From: Candidatus Halobonum tyrrellensis G22
GTDB taxonomy: Archaea; Halobacteriota; Halobacteria; Halobacteriales; Haloferacaceae
Direction of reading: 5' to 3'
NCBI RefSeq assembly: GCF_000495475.1
Contig: NZ_ASGZ01000029.1
Coordinates: 8,000-71,999 of the forward strand
DNA length: 64,000 nt
Shown: positions 1 to 7,641 of the stretch, piece after piece
How the letters are laid out: each line of letters opens with the position of its first letter
Position numbering within the stretch: the stretch's first letter is position 1
The notes under the pieces: model-generated
Seen by the model: the letters and a program-made list of their open reading frames with translations, nothing else
The model's database searches: none
Told to the model about the DNA's origin: nothing
Position numbers and translations under genes: made by a program

Positions 1-44
1 ATTTCGGGGTGCCGCACAAACGTGGTCGATAGAGGTCTATATTC

Positions 45-449
45 GTGGAAATCTCCGACGAACTCCTCTGTCTGTTCAGCGCCGAGGTGCGAGAAGAGGA
101 CGACCGGTACGTCCTGGAGGTGCCCCGCCGGGAGGTCGAGTCGGGCGGGTTGACCCCCGGCGACGTCTACCGGGTCGCGCTCATCTCCCGAGCCGCGGGC
201 GACGACGCCGACGGGGACACGGGAACCCCGGAGACGACGGCCGACGGGCCGCAGCCGCCGGTCGAACCCGGCGAGATCCGCTACGTCGAGATCGAGGACC
301 TGGGCAAGCAGGGCGACGGTATCGCCCGCGTGGAGCGCGGCTACGTGATCATCGTCCCCGGCGCCGAGGTGGGCGAGCGGGTCAAGATCGAGGTGGCGGA
401 GGTCAAGTCCAACTTCGCGGTCGGCGAGGTCATCGAGGAGGACCTGTAA
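45..449 (+). CDS. TRAM domain-containing protein (small RNA-binding/chaperone-like)
   Basis: 134-aa ORF with a C-terminal TRAM-like beta-barrel segment (GDGIARVERGYVIIVPGAEVGERVKIEVAEVKSNFAVGEV) and an acidic N-terminus; typical of small haloarchaeal TRAM proteins. Confidence 0.7.
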   Translation: MEISDELLCLFSAEVREEDDRYVLEVPRREVESGGLTPGDVYRVALISRAAGDDADGDTGTPETTADGPQPPVEPGEIRYVEIEDLGKQGDGIARVERGYVIIVPGAEVGERVKIEVAEVKSNFAVGEVIEEDL

Positions 450-705
450 CGCCGCCGCGCTCCCGCCGGTTCGAGCCGCGCGACACCGACGGGTTCGCCG
501 GTCGCTCCGCCCACAACCCGGCCCGCCGGTACCGGCGCGACGGCGACGCTCCCGGAGCGGTCGGTGCCCGACGGCTGGTGCGTGCGGACGGCGGTCCGTC
601 GGCGGCGCTGGCGCTCCGGATGCGGTGACGGTACCCGTCGCGGCGTCCGTCGACGGGCGGCGGGGCGACGACCCGGCTTGGCGGCCGTGAGCCGTCGCGC
701 CGCCG

Positions 706-1419
706 CTACACCTCGGCGGTCCAGTAGGAGACCGAGGCCAGCCGGCGGCCCACCGGGTTGTCGCCGATGGTGGTGTCGACGTCGCGGATCGGGTCGGCGA
801 CGGCGTTGGGTATCTCCCGGTAGAAGCCGTACGGGAAGACGAAGTCGTGCGCCTCCTCCGCGAGACCGAGACCCGCGTCGCGGACCAGCCGTTCGACGTC
901 GCCGCGGGAGTAGAGGTGCGACCCCATCGGGAGCGCCCAGTTGTACAGCACCCGGAGCGACCCGTCGTTGAACGTGTCGAAGAAGACGGTCCGCTTCGAG
1001 ACGCGCGCCATCTCGGCGAGGAACTTCGCGGGCGTCTCCGCGAGGTGGAAAAAGCGCATGGCGAAGACGGTGTCGAAGTGGTCGTCCGGGAACGGGAGCC
1101 GCGCGGCGTCGCCCCGGATGAACTCGATCCGCTCGCCGACGCCCGCGCGGCGGGCCTTCTCGCGTCCCTGTGCGAGCATCGCCTCGGAGATGTCGAGTCC
1201 GACGATGTCGGCACCGCGCTCGGCGAGCAGGGCGGTGAACCGGCCGGTCCCGCAGGCGATCTCGAGCACGTCGTCGCCCTCTACGGGACCGAGCGCGTTC
1301 AACACCGCCTCCTTCTCGCGCCGGTCGATGAGGCGGCCGCCCTTCGAGAACCGCTTGGCGTCGTACTCTTCGGCCACCGCGTCGGCCTGGTACCACTCCT
1401 GCCCTTTCACGACTGTCAC
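706..1419 (-). CDS. class I SAM-dependent methyltransferase (Methyltransf_11-like)
   Basis: Motif I VLEIACGTGRFT plus LDISEAML; the upstream part of the 376-aa ORF is Arg-rich junk, so the start is placed at GTG (VTVVKGQEWYQ). Confidence 0.75.
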   Translation of the reverse strand: MTVVKGQEWYQADAVAEEYDAKRFSKGGRLIDRREKEAVLNALGPVEGDDVLEIACGTGRFTALLAERGADIVGLDISEAMLAQGREKARRAGVGERIEFIRGDAARLPFPDDHFDTVFAMRFFHLAETPAKFLAEMARVSKRTVFFDTFNDGSLRVLYNWALPMGSHLYSRGDVERLVRDAGLGLAEEAHDFVFPYGFYREIPNAVADPIRDVDTTIGDNPVGRRLASVSYWTAEV

Positions 1420-1603
1420 GGAGTCCTCACCCGAGGGGTAAAACCGTGCTGGAATAGCCCCGCACGCGCCGCCGCCGCGGGCCGCCGTCGCGAGCGGGCC
1501 GGCAGAAAACCCATATGGCTCCGACGCTTCCGCCAAGTGATCCCGTGATGGTCCCAGCACCGCTCGCCCTCCCGCGAGACGCACGCCGACGCCCCGTCCC
1601 CTC

Positions 1604-3268
1604 ATGAGCAGTCCGACGTACGACACGACGCTCGACGCCGTCGACCACCTCGGCGCGACCCCCGACGGGTCGGTCCCCCTCCGGCTGGACGACGACCGCA
1701 TCGGCCCGAACACGGAGGTGGTCCTCCCGGACGGCGCGTTCGCGTTCACCGGCCGGGCGACCACCGAGTCGGGGGCGCTCCGCTTCCGCGCGGCGCCCGA
1801 CGCCTCCCCCGTGTTGCGCCCGCCGGAGGGACACAACGAGTTCCTCGCCAGCGTGAACTGCGACTACTTCGCCTTCGAGGGGATAGACGTCGACGTCTCG
1901 GGCGGCGTGACGGGGATGCGCGTCAAGGCGGACTCGTTCGACGTGACGGACGTGACGTTCCGCGGCCGCGGCACGCACCCGAACTGGTCGGTCACGAACT
2001 GCTTCAGTCTGCACGTGACGGACCCGCAGGGCGAGGGAACCGTCCGGAACGTCACGGCGCTGCGTGGGTCGGGGTGGGCGCGCTACAAGAACGGTAACGG
2101 CCGGGCGTTCATGTGGGTCGGTCCCGAGCACGTCGGGACGCTCCGCGTCCGGAACTGCCGGGTGAGCGAGTTCGGCAACAACGGCGTGTACGGGTCGGCC
2201 GCGGCGGGCCGGATCGTCGTCGAGGACTCGGCGTTCTGGAACAACAACGTCGCCTCGGTCCGGTTCGGCTCGGACGGCTGCGAGATGCGCAACACGACCG
2301 TCGGCATCGACGTCGAGCGCTACACCGGGCCGCGGGAATCCCGGTTCGAGGCGGACGACTTCTACCTCCGCGGCGTCTGGGTCGAGGCCAAACAGGCGGC
2401 GCTCGACGCGCCCGGCCGGGTGCGGGTCGCCGACTCCACGCTCGTCGTCCGGGACGCGCCGACCACCCGCGCGGCGGTGATCGTCCGCCCGAACGCGGGC
2501 GCGCTCTCGGTCCGCGAGGGGACGATCATCGACGTACGGGGAGGCCCCTCCCCGGCTATCGAGGCGAAGCGACCCAGCACGGTCGGTCCCGGCTCCCGGC
2601 GACACCGACCGCCCGACCCGCCGTACGACCTCGCGCTCGACACCGTCCGGCTCTCGGGGAGCGGGTCGGCCGCCGCCGCGGTGACCGCGGCCGGCCGCGA
2701 CGTCGCCGCCCGACGGACGCTCGTGACGTTCGACGACGACCGCGACGGCGTCCGCGTCACCGACGGCAACTGCACGCTGATGGACTGTCACGTCGGCGTC
2801 GGCGGCCAGCCGGCGGTCGTCGAGGTGTCGAACCGGCACGTGCCGGGCGAACCCCCGACCGTCAACCCGCGGCTCGTCCGCCGGAACGTCTCCACCCGGA
2901 CGGACGCGGCGACGTGGGCCGCGCTGCTCGCCGACCGCGCGGACGACGACCGCCGCGACCCGGCCCGAATCGCCATCGTCGCCGACGGGGACCCGGCCGC
3001 CTACCGGCTCGTCGCCGCCACGGGTGCGACGCTCGAAGCCGCCGACGGGACAGTCGAGGACACGACGGCGGCCGACTGGACCGCCGCGGGGGAGGTCGCC
3101 GCGGGCGACCGCGCGGTGTACCGCCTCCGCGGGGCGCTCGTCTCGGCGACGTTCTCCGGCGGGGCCGCGGTCACGGTCGACGGCGTCCCGGTCGACCGGG
3201 GGGCGCTCGTCGCCGCGACGCGCCGCCGCGAGACCGAGCGGATGGCGGCGGTCCTCGACCGGGAGTGA
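1604..3268 (+). CDS. right-handed parallel beta-helix repeat protein, no signal peptide (paralog of 59528-60913)
   Basis: 554-aa ORF with normal composition; conserved blocks VTNCF..ARYKNGNGR..EFGNNGVYGS..AFWNNNVASVRFG..RPNAGAL are shared at roughly 60% identity with the ORF at 59528-60913. Confidence 0.7.
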   Translation: MSSPTYDTTLDAVDHLGATPDGSVPLRLDDDRIGPNTEVVLPDGAFAFTGRATTESGALRFRAAPDASPVLRPPEGHNEFLASVNCDYFAFEGIDVDVSGGVTGMRVKADSFDVTDVTFRGRGTHPNWSVTNCFSLHVTDPQGEGTVRNVTALRGSGWARYKNGNGRAFMWVGPEHVGTLRVRNCRVSEFGNNGVYGSAAAGRIVVEDSAFWNNNVASVRFGSDGCEMRNTTVGIDVERYTGPRESRFEADDFYLRGVWVEAKQAALDAPGRVRVADSTLVVRDAPTTRAAVIVRPNAGALSVREGTIIDVRGGPSPAIEAKRPSTVGPGSRRHRPPDPPYDLALDTVRLSGSGSAAAAVTAAGRDVAARRTLVTFDDDRDGVRVTDGNCTLMDCHVGVGGQPAVVEVSNRHVPGEPPTVNPRLVRRNVSTRTDAATWAALLADRADDDRRDPARIAIVADGDPAAYRLVAATGATLEAADGTVEDTTAADWTAAGEVAAGDRAVYRLRGALVSATFSGGAAVTVDGVPVDRGALVAATRRRETERMAAVLDRE

Positions 3269-3350
3269 GACGCGCCGGGGGTCGCCCCGCTCGCCTCGCC
3301 GCCCCTCCACCTCGCTTCACCCGCCCGCCTCACCGCACCACCACCTTACC

Positions 3351-3767
3351 TCACTCGCTCGTGACGACGTGGTCGGCGGGGATCCGGACGACGACGCGCG
3401 CGCCCGTCTCCTCGTCGCGGCCGGGGTACTCGTCGACGTCCAGGTACCGCCGCGCGAGTTCGTCGATGTGTTCGTCCGCGCCCTCCTCGGTCAGTTCGGC
3501 CTCGCCGCGCACCGAGACGTACCGGTAGGGGTCGTCGGGGTCGAGCACCGAGATGCCGACCTTCGGGTTCCGGGCGACGTTGCGCTCCTTCTGCCGCCCG
3601 CGGGCGGTGTTGACGAGCACGTACTCGCCGTCCTCGTGGTCGACCCACACGGGGGTGACGTGCGGGCCGCCGTCGGGCATGACGGTCGCGAACTGGGCGA
3701 ACGCCTCGGACTCGAAGATGCCGCGGTAGGACTCGGGAATCACACCGGACCACCGACGGGCGCGCAC
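3351..3767 (-). CDS. pyridoxamine 5'-phosphate oxidase family protein (PPOX class, probable F420/FMN-binding)
   Basis: 138 aa; the N-terminal ATVMPDGGPHVTPVWV and VLVNTARGRQKERNVARNPKVGISV blocks are typical of the PPOX split-barrel family. Confidence 0.7.
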   Translation of the reverse strand: MRARRWSGVIPESYRGIFESEAFAQFATVMPDGGPHVTPVWVDHEDGEYVLVNTARGRQKERNVARNPKVGISVLDPDDPYRYVSVRGEAELTEEGADEHIDELARRYLDVDEYPGRDEETGARVVVRIPADHVVTSE

Positions 3768-3788
3768 TTCACGTTCCCGCCGGGGAGC

Positions 3789-3800
3789 ATATTAGGTGTA
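3789..3800. promoter_or_regulatory. TATA-box-like element in the divergent intergenic region
   Basis: AT-rich gtatatataatat in otherwise 70% GC DNA, between divergently oriented genes (3351-3767 minus, 3870-4142 plus); archaeal promoters use a TATA element about 25 nt upstream of the TSS. Confidence 0.45.
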
Positions 3801-3869
3801 TATATAATATGCTCGGCACCCCTCTGTATCGAGGTAACCTTTACCATTGACCTCGGGTTCGCTGGACGT

Positions 3870-4142
3870 ATGAGCACTAGTACTGCGGACGCGGACGGCG
3901 CGGACCTGCTGTCGGAGTCGGAGTACCGCGAGCGCCTCCGCGAACTCCCCCCGAGCGCGAAACTCGTCGCCAAGGTACTGGAGGGGGACGCCCCCCTCTC
4001 GCAGGGACAACTCGCCGAGGAGTCGCTGCTCCCCGACCGGACGGTACGGTACGCGCTGAATCGCCTGGAGGAGTGCGGGCTGGTCGGCTCGCGCTACTCG
4101 TTCAAGGACGCGCGCAAGCAGGTCTACTACCTGAACGTCTGA
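3870..4142 (+). CDS. small winged-helix DNA-binding protein (MarR/PadR-like HTH)
   Basis: 90-aa ORF from ATG; LVAKVLEGDAPLSQGQLAEESLLPDRTVRYALNRLEECGLV matches a wHTH recognition region. The upstream 5' part of the track ORF is Arg-rich and non-coding-like. Confidence 0.6.
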   Translation: MSTSTADADGADLLSESEYRERLRELPPSAKLVAKVLEGDAPLSQGQLAEESLLPDRTVRYALNRLEECGLVGSRYSFKDARKQVYYLNV

Positions 4143-4235
4143 CCGGCCGATCGTCCGAGACCGGGTTGCGCCGTGCAAGCCCGGCCGAACGGCGGGAATC
4201 CCCTCATTTAAGTTCTCGACGGTCTACCGACGGGT

Positions 4236-5147
4236 ATGGAGTTCACGGTGGTGGTCCCAACCCTCAACGGACGGGACCGGTTGGCGGCGAGTCTGGACTC
4301 GCTCGCCGGGCACGCCCCGGACGCCGAGGTGGTCGTCGTCAACGGACCCTCGGCCGACGGCACCACCGGCATGATCCGCGACCGCGACGACGTCGACGTG
4401 CTCGTGGAGATATCCGCGCGCAACGTCAACGTCGCGCGCAACGCCGGCATCGACGCCGCGGCCGGCGACGCCGTCGCCCTGTTGGGGTACGACCACCGCG
4501 TCGAGGAGGGGTGGCTCGCGGCCGCCCGCGAGTCGCTCGCCGCGGGCGCGGAGGTGGTGACCGGCCCGCTCCGCCGGACGGTTCGGGGCGGGGCGACCAG
4601 CGAGGAGGCCGAACGCCGCACCATCGCCGACCGCGAGGTGACGTACTTCAACGGCCGGAACGTCGCGTTCCGCTCGCACGTCCTGGAGTCGCTCGACGGC
4701 TTCGACGAGTACCTCGAAACCGGCGGCGCGCGCGACACCGCCCACCGCCTCGCGGGGATGGACGTCGACGTGACCTGGCTGCCCGAGATGGCGGCGCGCC
4801 GCGACGTCGACCCGGCGGCCGACGGCGGGCGCGAGCGCCGGCGGTGGGACTGGAAGTACCGCGCGCTCGCCTACCGACTGGTGAAGAACTACGGCGTCCG
4901 CCCCACGGTGGTCCGCCGGACGCTCTCGCACGCGGTCGGCGACGCGCGCGACACCCTCCGCGGGGTGTTCGACGGGACGGTCACCCCGACGGCGTGGGCC
5001 GCCAACGGCCGGGACGTGGGCCTCGGGACGGTTCGGGGGGTCGCAGACGGCCTGGCCGCGCGGGTGCGCGACCGGTCGTCCACCCGGAACCCCAACGGGC
5101 TGAGCACGCGCACCGACCGCGCGGTGGCGACGTACGACCGGCGGTAG
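4236..5147 (+). CDS. family 2 glycosyltransferase
   Basis: N-terminal VVVPTLNG.DRL and the DxD-like region VVVVNGPSADGT are typical of GT-A/GT2. The overlapping 435-aa Arg-rich ORF 4073-5380 is rejected. Confidence 0.75.
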   Translation: MEFTVVVPTLNGRDRLAASLDSLAGHAPDAEVVVVNGPSADGTTGMIRDRDDVDVLVEISARNVNVARNAGIDAAAGDAVALLGYDHRVEEGWLAAARESLAAGAEVVTGPLRRTVRGGATSEEAERRTIADREVTYFNGRNVAFRSHVLESLDGFDEYLETGGARDTAHRLAGMDVDVTWLPEMAARRDVDPAADGGRERRRWDWKYRALAYRLVKNYGVRPTVVRRTLSHAVGDARDTLRGVFDGTVTPTAWAANGRDVGLGTVRGVADGLAARVRDRSSTRNPNGLSTRTDRAVATYDRR

Positions 5148-5459
5148 CGACCCCTCGGACGCGCTCCACCCCGATCGGTGTGAACCGCCGTCCCACCCCA
5201 CTTCGTAGCAGTTTTCGGACGATTACGGGAGACACGATCACACAGAGCGGCGACCGTCTCCCCCTTCGAGTATCGGGGCGTACATGCGGCACCCCCTCTC
5301 CAGTCTCGCGGACGACAGCCGGCGAACGCGCGGCGGCGACAGTGACCCTCCGCATCGACGACGTGATCGCCGCGAACTGAGCGGTCCGTCGCGACTCCCG
5401 GGGGTCCGTTTTTCCGTCCGCGTCTCCGCGTCACCGCCGAGCGGCGGCGACGGCGGGGG

Positions 5460-6077
5460 TCACGGCGACGGCAGCCGCCACTCCCGTCGGACCGCGAGCA
5501 GGCGGAGCGTGAACACGCCCGCCGCACACGACAGCGTCACGAGCGCCGCCGGGAGTCCGAGGGCGTCCCCGACCGCGACGGCGACGCCGCCGAGGGCGGC
5601 CGGCGTCGCGTAGAAGTCCTCGCGGAGGACGACCGGCACCCGCGTGAGCAGGAGGTCCGAGAGGCTCCCCCCGCCCACACCGGTCAGCGTCGCCGTCACG
5701 ACCACGCCGAACGGCGAGAGGCCCGCCTCGACCCCGACGGCCGCACCCGTCGCGGCGAACGCCGCGAGACCCGCGGCGTCGGCCAGCAGGAACGCCGCCC
5801 GGTCGCGGACCCGCCCGTCGACCCGGCGCGCGAGTCCGAACCCGACCGCGACACCCACGACGACCACGACGACGTCGCCGGTCGACCGGAGCGCCGCCGG
5901 GACGCGGCCGACGAGGACGTCCCGTACGATCCCGCCGCCGAGCGCCGTCAGCGTGCCGAGCACCGCGACGCCGAACGAGTCGAGACCGGCGTCCGAGCCC
6001 TTCAGCGTGCCCGCGACGGCGAACGCCACCAGGCCGACGACGTTCGTCGCCGCCACCGCGTCGGTCGCGGCGCTCAC
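5460..6077 (-). CDS. trimeric intracellular cation channel family protein (UPF0126/YadS-like, Gly-rich TM repeats)
   Basis: 205 aa, polytopic, with two repeated GTLTALGGGIVRDVL / ATLTGVGGGSLSDLL motifs characteristic of the TRIC/UPF0126 family. Confidence 0.7.
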   Translation of the reverse strand: MSAATDAVAATNVVGLVAFAVAGTLKGSDAGLDSFGVAVLGTLTALGGGIVRDVLVGRVPAALRSTGDVVVVVVGVAVGFGLARRVDGRVRDRAAFLLADAAGLAAFAATGAAVGVEAGLSPFGVVVTATLTGVGGGSLSDLLLTRVPVVLREDFYATPAALGGVAVAVGDALGLPAALVTLSCAAGVFTLRLLAVRREWRLPSP

Positions 6078-6901
6078 GTCGGCAGCAACTGCGTCTCCTC
6101 CTCGTCGAACGAGAGGACGACCGACCGGCCGGGCGCGAGGTCGAACGCCTCGTCGCCGCGCCCCCGGTTGACGTCACACTCCACGTAGCCGTGGCTGCCG
6201 ACGGTCACCAGCGGGTCGCCCGCGGGGGCGTCCGCGAACGTCTCGACGACGGGGACGGACGCCTCGCCGCCGGAGGTGCGCACCGTCACCGACCCGCCGC
6301 GGTGGCCGTCGAGGAACGACCCGGGGACGTTCGTCACCGCGTTGCCGAAGTCGTCGACGACGAGCACCTCGCCGACCGCCCGGCCCGTCTCGACGCGCGC
6401 GTCGGAGAACAGGACCGACTCGTACTCGTCGACGGGGTCGAGCGAGTCGAGCGCGTCCATCCGCTCGACGCCCGCCTCGTGGACCGCGGCGGCGGCCGGC
6501 GCGAACACGTCGCGGCCGTGGAACGTGCTCGACCGGGGGTCGTCCGTCCGGACCGCGAACACCTCGATTTCGGGGTCCGCTCCGGCGTCCGCGCTCGCCT
6601 CCGCGAGCGCCCGCGCGGGCGGGACGAGCGAGCCGTTGTCCGGGCCGACGAGCGCGTGGTCGCCCGCGCGGACGGCGACCGCGGCGCGGTCGGTGCCGAC
6701 GCCGGGGTCGACCACGGCGAGGTGGACCGCCGGGGGGAACTCGGGGAGGACGAACCGGAGCCAGAACGCGGCCGAGCGGGGGTCGCCACGCGGCAGGTCG
6801 TGCGCCACGTCGACGAGGCGGGGGTCGTCCGCCCGCGACAGCAGGACGCCCTTCATCGCGGCGGGGTACGGCGAGCCGAAGTCGGACGCGAGGGTGATCA
6901 T
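6074..6901 (-). CDS. SAM hydroxide adenosyltransferase family protein (DUF62)
   Basis: 275 aa; N-terminal ITLASDFG and VVDPGVGT, mid HGRDVFAP and C-terminal GSHGY motifs match DUF62. It overlaps the downstream TRIC gene by 4 nt, suggesting an operon. Confidence 0.75.
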   Translation of the reverse strand: MITLASDFGSPYPAAMKGVLLSRADDPRLVDVAHDLPRGDPRSAAFWLRFVLPEFPPAVHLAVVDPGVGTDRAAVAVRAGDHALVGPDNGSLVPPARALAEASADAGADPEIEVFAVRTDDPRSSTFHGRDVFAPAAAAVHEAGVERMDALDSLDPVDEYESVLFSDARVETGRAVGEVLVVDDFGNAVTNVPGSFLDGHRGGSVTVRTSGGEASVPVVETFADAPAGDPLVTVGSHGYVECDVNRGRGDEAFDLAPGRSVVLSFDEEETQLLPT

Positions 6902-6917
6902 CGCGGCTCGACCTCCC

Positions 6918-7475
6918 TCACTCGGGGTCGGGGGCGGTTCCGGTCGTCGCGCCCGCGTCGTCGTCGCCGTTGGCGTCCGTGTCGGCGACCCGGCCGATGC
7001 GCTCGACGCCGTCGACCTCCTCGATGACCTCGACGACGGCGTCGGGCACCAGGTCGCGCCAGGCGTCGCCCGCGACCATCCGCTCGCGGAGTTCCGCCCC
7101 CTCCAACTCCTCGCGGCGGAACATGGGCGACTGCCGCACCTGCACGCCCGCCTCCGAGAACAGTTGGATCACGAGCGGGTTGTTCGAGTAGGCGACGTCG
7201 AACTTGGGACACATCGACTGGACGTGGCTGACCCACACCGAGTTGCGTTCGAGGTCCTCGATGGGGACGACGTACGTCGGCACGTCGATGTCGGCGACGG
7301 CGTTGTTCACCATCATCAGCCGCTCGCCGGCGGTGAACGGGTCGTGTTTGGTGTGTGAGTCGCCCGCCGAGCCGACCCCCAAGACGAGTTCGTCCACCTC
7401 CGACGCTATCTCTTCGACCATGTGGTGGTGGCCGTCGTGGTACGGCTGGAACCGCCCGATGTAGAACCCCCGCAT
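6918..7475 (-). CDS. nadM: nicotinamide-nucleotide adenylyltransferase (archaeal NMNAT)
   Basis: 186 aa from ATG MRGFYIGRFQPYHDGHHHMV; the GRFQPxHxGH nucleotidyltransferase motif and size match archaeal NadM. The 5' part of the 351-aa track ORF is Ser/Arg-rich junk. Confidence 0.85.
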   Translation of the reverse strand: MRGFYIGRFQPYHDGHHHMVEEIASEVDELVLGVGSAGDSHTKHDPFTAGERLMMVNNAVADIDVPTYVVPIEDLERNSVWVSHVQSMCPKFDVAYSNNPLVIQLFSEAGVQVRQSPMFRREELEGAELRERMVAGDAWRDLVPDAVVEVIEEVDGVERIGRVADTDANGDDDAGATTGTAPDPE

Positions 7476-7597
7476 GTGCGGAGTATTCGACCGACAGTTT
7501 ATAAGCACGGCGGGACGCCGTAGACCGCCAGAACGGCGGGATACGAGCGGTCTACGCGGGGTCTCTGCTCGGGCGGCGGCGGCGCGACGGGGGAGAA

Positions 7598-7607
7598 AGT
7601 ATATCAG
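7598..7607 (+). promoter_or_regulatory. TATA-like element upstream of lonB
   Basis: aagtatatca lies 35-44 nt upstream of the lonB ATG at 7642. Confidence 0.4.
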
Positions 7608-7641
7608 TTCCTGGGCCGTCAATTCTGGTAGTAACGATTCT

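Noticed and set aside
341-1396. 351-aa minus-strand ORF and other Arg-rich ORFs across 341-3528
   Set aside because: Extreme Arg/Pro content with no motifs; they overlap the methyltransferase and beta-helix genes in other frames.
4073-5380. 435-aa ORF rich in Arg/Gly/Pro overlapping the GT2 gene
   Set aside because: Its composition (poly-R/G/P) is typical of out-of-frame translation of high-GC coding DNA, whereas the GT2 frame (4236-5147) has recognisable motifs.
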